This document shows, in pieces, positions 14,891 to 24,081 of a DNA stretch of 24,083 nt. A program made the position numbers and the translations under genes. The notes under the pieces are model-generated. The model saw only the letters and a program-made list of their open reading frames with translations. It made no database searches and had not been told where the DNA came from. Each line of letters starts with the position of its first letter. The first letter of the stretch is position 1. Location of the stretch: the IMG/VR virus record IMGVR_UViG_3300027808_000167, positions 1-24,083 of that record; one strand, 5' to 3'. Source of the stretch: a virus (lineage: Duplodnaviria; Caudoviricetes).

Positions 14891-16441
14891 TTATAGGAAG
14901 CCAATTGGCATCGGTCTTAATACCTCGTCAGTGCCTGCATTTACAAGCCTATCGTATGTACCTGTATCCCATGTCATGATGACTTCTGTCATGCGTAGTA
15001 CCAGAATAGTTGCCATCACTAGATCGTCTGTTTCGCCGTCCTTGGCCGCAAAACTTGCGCCACGGGCAATAAAGTTCTTTAGTTCACGCAATAAGTTATG
15101 ACTATAAATTGTCATCTTATCGCTTTCAACATAGTTCTTTAAGCGCATACACGCTGTAATTTTTGTCTTGTGCGTGGTATTAAAGCCTCTGCGACCGCGG
15201 CTTTGGCCAGTGCGACGAATTTCTTGTACAAATGTACCAGGAATACGTTCTTCGCCAAATTCACGCACACTAATTAGTGCTGCTTCTCCAATGGTATTGT
15301 TTTCCACGCTCCAATACAATTCAGCAGTTCCGTTTGTCTCATCCTGTAACCATTTTAGAATAGATACAAGGGTACGCATCTGACCTTGGATGTCAGTTTT
15401 GTTGTGCTGCCATTCTGCTACCTGCTCTAGTTCGGGCAATTTGAACACTTGGATAGCTGCTGGATCGCCACCTGTGCCTAAACTTGGATCCCAACCTACT
15501 ACATATACGCTTTGTGGTTGTGGGTATTTGTAAATGCGAACTTGACCCATTTTTCCATTTGGATCTTTGCTTTCCATTGTAATTAACTTCATTGAGTTAA
15601 CTAATGTTTCGTCGGCTATAACGAATTCACATTCGTGTTCACGAAGGAATCGTTCTTCGCCAATCTTGATACGTTCTGTATTGGCCCATTCCTCGCCGCG
15701 ATCAGGATGCGAGCTCCAAATAAACTTGATGCTGGCAAAGCCGTTGCGACCTAGCTTTTGTGGATTACCGTACTCGTCAATGTTCTTAGTAGCATCTTTC
15801 CAAATACGAGCAAACTGGTCATCGTCTTGGTTAGGTGTTGATGTAATAATACACTTACCACCTGTTGACAATGTAGGACTAATCGAAGTCCAAAACTCAC
15901 TAGCAATACGTGGCTTAACGAACGCAAACTCATCGCAATAGATCAGTGACAATGACATACCACGAGCAGTTGTTTCTGTTGTGGTAGTTGAGATGATGCG
16001 AGAGCCGTTGTCAAAGTCAATGCTGCCTTTGTTGTAGCTTGTTGCTCCTGCTTTTAAGAACTCTGGCAGTGTTTCGTATGTGTAACGAACACGTTGCATA
16101 ATTTCTTGTGCGCCTGCAAACTTGTGTGCAGCGATGAGAATAGTTTGATCTGCCATGAACATAGCACGCCATACTAGATAAGCAGCCGCACATGCAGTCT
16201 TGCCCATTTGTCGTCCCAGCATGTTTACGCTATAACGATTTTCGTGGTAGCATTTGATTAAATCACGCTGATAATCAAAGAGTTTGAATCTAACTTTACC
16301 TTTAGTAGGATGCTGTACCCAACAATACGTATCAATAAAGTACACAGGATCTTGCGCACATAAGGCAAGTTCACGGACATGTGCGTCCGTGAACTTTTCT
16401 ACTTTGAAAGGTGACTTAACAAAAGTATTTTCGCCAGCCAT
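14891..16441 (-). CDS. terL: Terminase large subunit (T4 gp17-like)
   Basis: LFDYQ, Walker A GRQMGKT, Walker B LIYCDE, ITSTPN, nuclease motifs GWDPS.G.GGD and DDLVMA. Confidence 0.95.
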   Translation of the reverse strand: MAGENTFVKSPFKVEKFTDAHVRELALCAQDPVYFIDTYCWVQHPTKGKVRFKLFDYQRDLIKCYHENRYSVNMLGRQMGKTACAAAYLVWRAMFMADQTILIAAHKFAGAQEIMQRVRYTYETLPEFLKAGATSYNKGSIDFDNGSRIISTTTTETTARGMSLSLIYCDEFAFVKPRIASEFWTSISPTLSTGGKCIITSTPNQDDDQFARIWKDATKNIDEYGNPQKLGRNGFASIKFIWSSHPDRGEEWANTERIKIGEERFLREHECEFVIADETLVNSMKLITMESKDPNGKMGQVRIYKYPQPQSVYVVGWDPSLGTGGDPAAIQVFKLPELEQVAEWQHNKTDIQGQMRTLVSILKWLQDETNGTAELYWSVENNTIGEAALISVREFGEERIPGTFVQEIRRTGQSRGRRGFNTTHKTKITACMRLKNYVESDKMTIYSHNLLRELKNFIARGASFAAKDGETDDLVMATILVLRMTEVIMTWDTGTYDRLVNAGTDEVLRPMPIGFL

Positions 16442-16453
16442 TCAACCCTCCGA

Positions 16454-17683
16454 TTACTTCTTGCGGCTGATAGACTCAGCAACAAACTTTCGGTACTCGC
16501 CCATAGCAGTTTGGAACTTCTGTTCTACAGACTCTTCAACACCCATTGGGTTTTCACCCTGGCCGTTTGCGCGGTTAGCACCATATGCTTTGTTACCAGC
16601 AGCATCGCCTTTGGCACTTGGTAAATTATCAAACAACTTTGGTTCAGGCATACTTGTACCTGCTGGGCTATTCATTAGCTTGCTTTCAGCAACACCGGCA
16701 AGTTCTAAGATACGAGCATAACTTTGCTCGTACACGCCTTGACCAAAAATAGAGTTAGTAGCAGGAGCTTCTTCTTTGACTTCTTTGTCGTCTTTCTTGT
16801 CTGCCCAGTCTGGCTTACCGTCGCCATCAGCATCTGGCTTCTTGTTATCGTCAGCCTTGTCATCTGCTTTGCCGCCATTCTTCTTGGCAATCATTGCTTT
16901 GAATGCAGCTTTTTGTGCAGCACTTTGAGCTTCGTTGGTAACGCCGGCAAGTTGTAGAATACGAGCAGACTCGTCTAATTCATTTTGGTATGCTTCTTCT
17001 TCAGCTTGATCTGGATCCATGCCTTGTGCAACTAACTCGTGATAACGATCAAGTTGTGGGTCAGAAGCTTCTGGAAGATCTTTCTTGGCCAATTCTTGTT
17101 CTTTTTCTTTACGTGCAGTTTCTTCTGCATCAGTTTCAGTGCCGCCGTAAACGCCGGAACCTGCTTGGTGTGTTAAGCCAGTTGCAGTTTGTGTTACTTT
17201 GCCGCCTTTGCCAGTGTATGAAACATCGCCTGCTGCTTCTTTAGTTTCCTCTTCAGACTCTTCTTCATCATCAGACTCTTCTTCATCATCAGACTCTTCT
17301 GCTTCGTGGTCGGACATGTCGTGATCGCCATCGCCATCAACATCGCCTGGCACATCGGCTGCTGCTACAGTTGGTTCTGCGCCAACGTACATTACTGCTG
17401 GCTCTTCCATGCCTGGCATTTCAGCTGGCATTTCAGCTGGCATTTCAGCATCAGCACTCATTCCGCCAACTTGAATACCTGCTAGCTTTAAGATGTTAGC
17501 AATTTCATCGGCGCTATCTGTTGTAACGCTGATGTTCTTGCCTGGCATGTTAATAGTAACAGTCATTGGGCCTTCGCCTTGACCTTCAGGAGTTTGACCA
17601 GTTACACCAGCCATATCATCCCAGCACTCACCAATGCCTTCTTTGGCAATACGGATGCTTTCATTTACTTTAGTCTTTTTCAT
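16454..17683 (-). CDS. Acidic low-complexity protein; probable internal head/scaffold protein
   Basis: 409 aa, E/D/A-rich, three ILxLAG(V/I) repeats, two DxDGDG motifs and many hydrophobic-X-E sites. Confidence 0.6.
   Translation of the reverse strand: MKKTKVNESIRIAKEGIGECWDDMAGVTGQTPEGQGEGPMTVTINMPGKNISVTTDSADEIANILKLAGIQVGGMSADAEMPAEMPAEMPGMEEPAVMYVGAEPTVAAADVPGDVDGDGDHDMSDHEAEESDDEEESDDEEESEEETKEAAGDVSYTGKGGKVTQTATGLTHQAGSGVYGGTETDAEETARKEKEQELAKKDLPEASDPQLDRYHELVAQGMDPDQAEEEAYQNELDESARILQLAGVTNEAQSAAQKAAFKAMIAKKNGGKADDKADDNKKPDADGDGKPDWADKKDDKEVKEEAPATNSIFGQGVYEQSYARILELAGVAESKLMNSPAGTSMPEPKLFDNLPSAKGDAAGNKAYGANRANGQGENPMGVEESVEQKFQTAMGEYRKFVAESISRKK
17253..17300. repeat. In-frame 18-bp tandem repeat (about 2.7 copies; EEESDD)
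   Basis: Unit tcagactcttcttcatca. Confidence 0.9.
17413..17448. repeat. In-frame 12-bp tandem repeat (3 copies; AEMP)
   Basis: Unit ctggcatttcag. Confidence 0.9.
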
Positions 17684-18288
17684 TTCTTATCTCCTTTGCC
17701 TGAAACAGCAATGTTATTTTGTTTTGTACCGATTGGGCTAGTCTTGCCATCAGTTGGACCTGTATAGTCAGGGCCTGAAGTAATTTTACCAACATTTTGT
17801 GTAATGTTAGCTTTGCGCTCTTTACCAGCTTTATCAGCTGCGTCTAATGTGTCCTGATTGTACTTGTCTCCAACAGTGTCGTTGACTTTACTTCCAGCTT
17901 CTGTGTCGTTGCCAATTAGTGTTTTGTATTCACCTTCTGGTTTTTCTTCTTCACATTGCTGTTCAATCGGTTCGTCACGGCCAAATACTTTAAGTAAGCC
18001 ATCTGCAACATACATAAGATTTTTTAGTTCGCTTTCCAATACTGGAGGGCTAACTGGCAAGCGTGTTACTACGTCAACAATGACAATTTCATGTCCACCT
18101 AATAGTGGAAAGTCCATTGGAACTGCTTGTAGCATTAGCTTTTCTGGGCGGCCTACTTCAAGTGCATCATACTTTTTCATATGGCGCTCTAAACTCTCAA
18201 GTTGGCGATCAGATGGCTTAAAAGCCATCTTAACACGGTAGCGGTGTTCGCGCTGTAACTGATTAATATACTCTAATAGTGTGGGCAT
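17680..18288 (-). CDS. Hypothetical protein, probably head-associated
   Basis: 202 aa; late-type ATAAATA at 18310-18316 and GAGGA SD; ATGA-coupled to the downstream gene. Confidence 0.75.
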   Translation of the reverse strand: MPTLLEYINQLQREHRYRVKMAFKPSDRQLESLERHMKKYDALEVGRPEKLMLQAVPMDFPLLGGHEIVIVDVVTRLPVSPPVLESELKNLMYVADGLLKVFGRDEPIEQQCEEEKPEGEYKTLIGNDTEAGSKVNDTVGDKYNQDTLDAADKAGKERKANITQNVGKITSGPDYTGPTDGKTSPIGTKQNNIAVSGKGDKK

Positions 18289-18308
18289 AATTAAATCCTC
18301 TCTTAAGA

Positions 18309-18815
18309 CTATTTATTATGACCGATACTCTTTAGGATTGCTTGCACGATATCATTGCGATTTCCCATTAATCCGCCTTCTGTTGCATCTAACACATTGT
18401 CAGTATCTGAGTTCTTTTCCTCTCGATCCATACGTGCCTTACGCAACTGCAATTCAACCATTTTTAGCTTTTTATCTATCTTGGCTGTCTTAGCATCAAC
18501 TGCTGTTTTAAGCAATTGGGCAGCAACTTCAAAAATCTTTCCTGCATTTCTATCGTCTACATTAAATCCTAAGTCCATCAAACGCTCGCTTTGTTCTTGC
18601 GCGGTGTTTGCTAGCTTGTCTAGTTCACGCTCTGCTTGCGCCATATCTGTTACAGTGGGCAATGCAATATCAACACGGTTTGCCATGTCAATGGTAGCGG
18701 TAGCTACATTAAGCTGTTGCTGAATTTCTTCAGAAACTTCTGGTAGTGTGTGGTCTGAAATATTTGCTTCCTCAATAGGTGGGAAACCAAATACTTCTTC
18801 TAATTTCTTAGTCAT
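18309..18815 (-). CDS. Probable terminase small subunit (gp16-like)
   Basis: Helical core AGKIFEVAAQLLKTAVDAK...ELQLRK and tail GLMGNRNDIV resemble T4-like TerS; upstream of terL. Confidence 0.55.
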   Translation of the reverse strand: MTKKLEEVFGFPPIEEANISDHTLPEVSEEIQQQLNVATATIDMANRVDIALPTVTDMAQAERELDKLANTAQEQSERLMDLGFNVDDRNAGKIFEVAAQLLKTAVDAKTAKIDKKLKMVELQLRKARMDREEKNSDTDNVLDATEGGLMGNRNDIVQAILKSIGHNK

Positions 18816-18830
18816 GCACTTACTTATGAC

Positions 18831-19280
18831 TTACTTGCGGCGTTTGCGTGTAGGATTAGTATTATTGAAGATATCTTCTTCCGTTAAGATACGGAACGTT
18901 GCGCCCATGCGTTTACACCAAATTTTTGCAGCTTGCCACTTACACATATTAAGTGCCACTGCCATCTTTTCTTGCTGACTACGGGCCAGTTCCATAACAG
19001 CCTGTGCTTTGGGTTTAATTTCAATGAGTTCAGCACGGTTAACTCCATTGACTTGATACGTGACCAAAAAGTCCGGTACGTAATATGTGTCTTTACCTGT
19101 AAAGGGATTCTTATAAGGTATGCGAACACACTCACTTGCCCAGCTCACTACACTGGGATGGTTGTCGCAGAATCGCATAAAAGTCAATTCCCAACCACTG
19201 CGATACTTGGGTGTACCTTTACCTACATATTTCTCTGGATTCAGTACTGCATAGAATCCTTGCGAATAGTTATTTGCCAT
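18831..19280 (-). CDS. Head completion nuclease (T4 gp4-like, TnsA-like PD-(D/E)xK fold)
   Basis: NPEKYVG...YRSGWE..FM..CD.HP.V..WASE...IPY...YVPDF...IEIKP...KWQAA..WC...FRILTE. Confidence 0.9.
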   Translation of the reverse strand: MANNYSQGFYAVLNPEKYVGKGTPKYRSGWELTFMRFCDNHPSVVSWASECVRIPYKNPFTGKDTYYVPDFLVTYQVNGVNRAELIEIKPKAQAVMELARSQQEKMAVALNMCKWQAAKIWCKRMGATFRILTEEDIFNNTNPTRKRRK

Positions 19281-19567
19281 TATAGTTCGCGAGTTGCTAT
19301 TGCAGAAACTGCTACTGCTGTTTTCTTTGTATAACGTACAGTGCCAGGTAAACTATTATTAATATGATCAAGTATCACTTGGTCTACATCAAGTGTCCCT
19401 TTTGCAACCGCCTTTTCTATTAGTAATTTGAAGCTCAAACTTAAATCAATACTGGCTTTCCACAGTGCCATAACAATTTGCTCTGCTGGAGTGCGGCCAA
19501 GCCCCAAACTTAACACTTGCTGTACTGCACGATCAAACTCAACTTGAGGTATTACTTTATATGCCAT
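19280..19567 (-). CDS. Hypothetical protein
   Basis: 95-aa ORF tightly packed in the structural operon (TAATG overlap). Confidence 0.75.
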   Translation of the reverse strand: MAYKVIPQVEFDRAVQQVLSLGLGRTPAEQIVMALWKASIDLSLSFKLLIEKAVAKGTLDVDQVILDHINNSLPGTVRYTKKTAVAVSAIATREL

Positions 19568-19569
19568 GA

Positions 19570-20907
19570 TTAATAATCCGTTGGTTTAGTAGTCTTCTTA
19601 ACATACTGCTGTTCGTTATTGGCCTGCGTACTTGTTGCAGATGGATTGTTGTTGACACTTTGCGGTACTCGTCGGTCAGTAAATGATCCATCTGCATTTC
19701 GTGTACGCACTTGTGAACTATATCTTGGTGCTGTTTGTAATGCTTTCATGTCAGCTATATCTCTTGCTGCCATGCGAGACTGCGCACTATTTGTTACTGG
19801 TGGATTCTTTTCCAGTTCAGCCAGGTATGCTTTCTTATAATCGGGATTCATACCACGATCATCTTTTACATATTCAGATTCTTGTTTGACAAAATCTTTG
19901 TTTGCTGCACTCAATGGCTTTTTACTTTGTACTCGCTCTGGTGTTTTTGGTGGTATATCTTTAGTTTTGTTAACCACAGGTGCAGTTGTATCGCCAGTGC
20001 TGGCATTATAGCCTGTTACGTTTCCCAACGCATCATATGTTGCTTCAGATGCGCCTGATCGATTAGCCGGCCATGGGGCAGTTGCTTTTGGGGGTGCCTG
20101 AGTTTTGTTTCGGTGACGTGCGGCTTGCTTTGTTAAGTTTGGATTTCCCCAGGCAGCCCCCAATGGACCATTTTCTTCGCCGCCAGCCTGCTTCCACTTA
20201 CTTGGCCCTGCTTCAATTTTGGCATCAGCTTTAGGTGGCTTTGTAATTGGTACAACTGATGGCTTTGGTGGTGGCTTTGGCAATGCCTTGATGCCGGCCT
20301 TACCGTCACCTTTTCGAGGACCTTTAAAGTCAAGACCTTTAACTCCGGCAATGTTCAATTCTTCGTAGCGAAGTGTAAGCGTCCACATGACTGGGTCGCT
20401 TGTTGAATAATCTAATGTGTCATGCTGTGCGTCGACAATAAACGCATTTATCAATGTGTACATTTTGTCGGCTCCGTCACCACTTAAATTTTTCATTGTA
20501 ATTTGTACGGTCAGCGGCAATTTACCAGGCTTCTTTGTAACGTCCGGTGAATCAAATTGGCCTTTGACAAACTCCCAAATTAGACTTTCAGCAACATTAT
20601 TTGTTTGATCATAAAATGTCATTGTGATTGGTTCATAGTTCATTTTAGTCTGAACTATGGTCTTATGATTATAAACGTTTACTACTTGTGTTTCAACAGA
20701 GAATCTTGGCAATTCGCATGACTTTGCAACAAGTGGGCCTGTAGAGTTTAGGCCCTTGCCACCACCACTATCATCTCCGTTACTTTCGCCAAGAGTTAAC
20801 TCAACTTCCCATGCAAATTTTAAGTATGGAAATCCGTTGCCAAGCGGGCCAGCATTGACCTGCATGTCATTGAGTAAAAGTTTTGTTGCTAAGTTTGTAA
20901 ATGCCAT
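19570..20907 (-). CDS. Tail tube-like protein (gp19/gp54-like) with long low-complexity C-terminal extension
   Basis: N-terminal about 185 aa parallels the tube protein (SCELPRFS..QVVNVYN...YEPITMTFYD...LDYSTSDPV..TLTLRYE); the rest is Pro/Lys/Thr-rich. Confidence 0.7.
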   Translation of the reverse strand: MAFTNLATKLLLNDMQVNAGPLGNGFPYLKFAWEVELTLGESNGDDSGGGKGLNSTGPLVAKSCELPRFSVETQVVNVYNHKTIVQTKMNYEPITMTFYDQTNNVAESLIWEFVKGQFDSPDVTKKPGKLPLTVQITMKNLSGDGADKMYTLINAFIVDAQHDTLDYSTSDPVMWTLTLRYEELNIAGVKGLDFKGPRKGDGKAGIKALPKPPPKPSVVPITKPPKADAKIEAGPSKWKQAGGEENGPLGAAWGNPNLTKQAARHRNKTQAPPKATAPWPANRSGASEATYDALGNVTGYNASTGDTTAPVVNKTKDIPPKTPERVQSKKPLSAANKDFVKQESEYVKDDRGMNPDYKKAYLAELEKNPPVTNSAQSRMAARDIADMKALQTAPRYSSQVRTRNADGSFTDRRVPQSVNNNPSATSTQANNEQQYVKKTTKPTDY

Positions 20908-20917
20908 GTATTCAATG

Positions 20918-20943
20918 GAAAAGGGTTATTTCTAACCCTTTTC
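20918..20943 (-). terminator. Hairpin with GAAA tetraloop between tail tube and tube-like gene
   Basis: GAAAAGGGTTA-GAAA-TAACCCTTTTC, perfect 11-bp stem. Confidence 0.6.
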
Positions 20944-21008
20944 TTTCTCCTTGTAAGGGCAAGCATTTCTGCTTACACTTACTTATCACTTTACGTTAAA
21001 GCGGACTA

Positions 21009-21614
21009 TTACTCTGGTGCAACACCAGTTGAAGTAACATCAATACCGTTATCACCTGCGCCACCATCAAGTGCATCAGTGCCACCGATATTGTGGTTAG
21101 CGTTATCGTACTTGATAGCAATAGTGATCTGTAGTGCATCACTTGTTGCATAGTTGTTTTCACCGTAGTTTACGTTTTGGATGTAGCAACCTGCCAACTG
21201 CCATGAATCTAAAACTTCAGCTGGCTGGGAACCATCCAAGTTTTGAATTGCCATACCAAACTTATAACCGCCGCCAGCTTTGACGCTGGATTGGTTAGCG
21301 TGGTCTACTTGCTTTTGCATTTGTGCTGCAATAGCTCGTGCTACTAAGCCTGTTACATCATCACGTACTGTTAATGTGATAGCATCCCAAGTATGCTTAC
21401 CAGCTAAGTTAATGCGTGAGTTGTAAACGTCGATGATTACATCGTCGTGTGTCATACTTGGACGACTTACGCTAACAACTTGACTTGTTAGTTCAAGATT
21501 TTCACCTGAGCCGAATTCGTTTAGTAACACACGGAAACGATATGACAACTTGGGCTGTACTAGTACGCCTGAGCTACCTCCGTCTACGTTAAATTTGTCT
21601 AAATTGACTGCCAT
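21009..21614 (-). CDS. Tail tube protein (T4 gp19-like)
   Basis: PKLSYRFRV...VSRPS...YNSRINLAGKHTWDAITLTVRDD...W.L.GC...YDNA; follows the sheath; late motif CTAAATA (21637-21643) and AGGAG SD. Confidence 0.9.
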   Translation of the reverse strand: MAVNLDKFNVDGGSSGVLVQPKLSYRFRVLLNEFGSGENLELTSQVVSVSRPSMTHDDVIIDVYNSRINLAGKHTWDAITLTVRDDVTGLVARAIAAQMQKQVDHANQSSVKAGGGYKFGMAIQNLDGSQPAEVLDSWQLAGCYIQNVNYGENNYATSDALQITIAIKYDNANHNIGGTDALDGGAGDNGIDVTSTGVAPE

Positions 21615-21639
21615 TTTATGTGTCTCCTGTTAGTGTTAT

Positions 21640-24030
21640 TTAGCGTGTACCATTGGCAATCGCGCCAGTGTTTACAACACGAACTGGGATGTAGATAAAT
21701 TCAGCTGCCTTAACTGGCTCAATGGCCACGTCAATGTACAACTCGTTTCTATCAATTCGAGCAGGGGTGTTGTTTGTATCATCACAAACTACTAAGAAGT
21801 CGTATACCGCACGTTTAGAATACATGTCAGCCAAGAATGCATTGAATACGCCCAGGATACGATTGCGTGTACGCTGATCGTTTGGTTCAAAGATGAACGG
21901 ACGAGCAATAACTTCAAAACGTTCACGCAAGTAAGCCAACAAGCGACCAACGTTTACGCGGTCAAGAGCAGAGTTAGTTGGGTACAGAGTCTTTTGGCCC
22001 CAGATATATAAACCTTGACCTGGGAAGTTGACCAATGGGTTAATATTCTTTTCGTACAGCGCATCGCGTGAACCTTGATTCAGTGCCAATGGGACGAATT
22101 CATTTTCAGCATTAACTGTACCAAGGTTACTGATACCACTTAACGCACCGCGGGTTAAACCAGCTGGGGCGAACCATGGATAAGCAATTTGGTCGTTGTA
22201 TGCAATGCCACGTAGAACTGAGTGACTTGCTGGAACCGCAACATCGTTACCGCTCAAGTCTGTACTCAAGCCGCTTGGGTAATAAATCGCTGCGCTACCG
22301 CTGCGTGTTACTAAACCGTCTGCGCCGTTTGTACCAGCTGCTGTACCTAAACTCCAGTTAACAACATCAGTAATCTTGTTGCTTAGTTTCAATGGAGTGT
22401 CAGCGATAACGAACGCTGTTTCTTTGCGGTCTAAGTTCAATGTAACCATTTCATCGATACATTCAACATAACCTGGAGTTGCAATAACGTTGAAAGTTAA
22501 TGTTTCTGCACGTAGTTCTTCACCACTTGTCAATGCTGCCTGTAAACGCTTTACAACAACACGGCGTTGTGCCTTGTCAAACATGTAAGGGGCGCCTGCT
22601 TTAGGGCCGCTATCAACATTACCAGATTCTGTTTGCCAGAAACCTTCTGTTGCATTCCATGCTTTTACGTTGCCAGAGCTTACTGCGCTGTTCCATAACA
22701 ACATGCCTTCTGGGTAATAAGCTGGGTTAGGAGCTTGGTCATCCATGGCCAATGCGCTACCAAATTCGCCGCGTGTGTCGCCTGCATCGGCTGTTAAGTC
22801 TGCAAACAATACGCCATCTTGCGTTGTTTGATCTGCATTATCTTTAGCTGTCCACTCGCTGCCATTCCATACCTTAAGCATTGGATAATTAGCCATGTCG
22901 TTTGTGTCAACCCATACATCACCAAAATTTGGATTTGTTGGCTCTTCAGTGTTTACATCAATTTCACTTGCTGCTACCCATAATGGAGTGTCATTGACTG
23001 TTGTCTTAACGTATACGTCAACTTGACTACCGGCATCATACCATAATTTACCATCTGGAAGTGCTCCAGTTGGGGCTGTGGTGCTGGCACTTACTGTTGG
23101 TGTGGCCCATGCAGAACCATTGTAACGCTTAATCTCAAACTCAGCTTCATTGCTTGTAGCAAACTGAATATAAAGACTGTTTGTTACCAGTTTGCTGCCA
23201 AATGCTGCTGTAGCAGTTGCGTTATCTACGTAACTAACTAACTGGTCAACATTACCTGCGCCGATTGTTTGTGCTGTCCAGCTTTGTGTAGAAGCATTGT
23301 ACTTTTTAACTTTTAAAGACAAGCCTGAATTTGGACTTGTTGTCTTTACCCATACTGCACCATTTGATGCTGTAGGAACTTGGTAGTGCGGGGCAATAGT
23401 TACTGGCGCACTTAAATTGCCAGATGTAACTGCGACCCAAGAGCTGCCGCCTTCTGTTGCTACTTTTTTGTAGTATGCTTTTAATGTGCTAGTTGCATCT
23501 AATGCATAATCGCCTACAGCACCTTCGCCGGCGCCAGGTACGCCGTCAGTTACATAAACTGCTTTGGCTACCCAAGCAGAGCCGTTACCTTCAAACAAAC
23601 CAAATGCGCTTGCACCTGTATCTAACCAATACTGACCATTTGTTGCTGGTCCAGTTGGAGCTTCAGCTTGTGGCTCTAATTCTTCCATGTTTAAGTCTGC
23701 ACGTACTAGAACAGCACGGTTAGCAATACCCAGGTAGTAATAGGCGGCCAGCAAGCCGTATTCGTTTAGTTCGTGACCATGTACAGGCGTACCGTCAACG
23801 ATGGTGAAACTTGGTTCACCGTATAATTGTACCAACTCGCGTTGGCTTGTAACAATAAGTGGTTTTTTAGCAAACGGTGCAGTAGTGTACTGTGCAACTG
23901 AACCATCTGGTGACGCTTTATTAGAACGTGTTGCTAAAACAATAACTGGAACTGTACCAGTGCCTGCAGATGCGTAGGCGCTTTCGTCAATAATCGAAAC
24001 GCTTACACCTGGGGAACTTAATTGGGCCAT
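21640..24030 (-). CDS. Contractile tail sheath protein (T4 gp18-like)
   Basis: SPGVSVSIIDES start; PWFAPAGLTRG, LYEKNINP, WGQKTL, ALDRVNVGRL, FEPND, IEPVKAAEFIYIP. Confidence 0.96.
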   Translation of the reverse strand: MAQLSSPGVSVSIIDESAYASAGTGTVPVIVLATRSNKASPDGSVAQYTTAPFAKKPLIVTSQRELVQLYGEPSFTIVDGTPVHGHELNEYGLLAAYYYLGIANRAVLVRADLNMEELEPQAEAPTGPATNGQYWLDTGASAFGLFEGNGSAWVAKAVYVTDGVPGAGEGAVGDYALDATSTLKAYYKKVATEGGSSWVAVTSGNLSAPVTIAPHYQVPTASNGAVWVKTTSPNSGLSLKVKKYNASTQSWTAQTIGAGNVDQLVSYVDNATATAAFGSKLVTNSLYIQFATSNEAEFEIKRYNGSAWATPTVSASTTAPTGALPDGKLWYDAGSQVDVYVKTTVNDTPLWVAASEIDVNTEEPTNPNFGDVWVDTNDMANYPMLKVWNGSEWTAKDNADQTTQDGVLFADLTADAGDTRGEFGSALAMDDQAPNPAYYPEGMLLWNSAVSSGNVKAWNATEGFWQTESGNVDSGPKAGAPYMFDKAQRRVVVKRLQAALTSGEELRAETLTFNVIATPGYVECIDEMVTLNLDRKETAFVIADTPLKLSNKITDVVNWSLGTAAGTNGADGLVTRSGSAAIYYPSGLSTDLSGNDVAVPASHSVLRGIAYNDQIAYPWFAPAGLTRGALSGISNLGTVNAENEFVPLALNQGSRDALYEKNINPLVNFPGQGLYIWGQKTLYPTNSALDRVNVGRLLAYLRERFEVIARPFIFEPNDQRTRNRILGVFNAFLADMYSKRAVYDFLVVCDDTNNTPARIDRNELYIDVAIEPVKAAEFIYIPVRVVNTGAIANGTR

Positions 24031-24074
24031 TTTATATATCTCCGTAATCTAAGGGATCATACCCTTTACAAAGA

Positions 24075-24081
24075 TATTTAG
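24075..24081 (-). promoter_or_regulatory. Late-type promoter for the sheath gene
   Basis: CGCTAAATA, identical to the motif before the tube gene and before ORF 983-1780; GGAG SD downstream. Confidence 0.6.

Noticed and set aside
14891-16441. Intein or intron in terL (also considered for uvsX, uvsW and primase)
   Set aside because: Lengths are normal and motifs are contiguous.
17253-17448. Tandem repeats as a CRISPR array or DGR repeats
   Set aside because: The units are contiguous, in-frame 12/18-mers without spacers; no cas or reverse transcriptase gene is present.
18831-19280. TnsA-like nuclease as sign of a Tn7 transposon
   Set aside because: It matches the T4 gp4 head-completion pattern within a virion operon; no TnsB/TnsC or transposon ends are present.
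121-23723. Numerous short plus-strand and nested minus-strand ORFs in the track
   Set aside because: They are shadows of long motif-bearing genes, have no recognisable motifs and mostly use non-ATG starts; only 1832-2206 occupies its own space.
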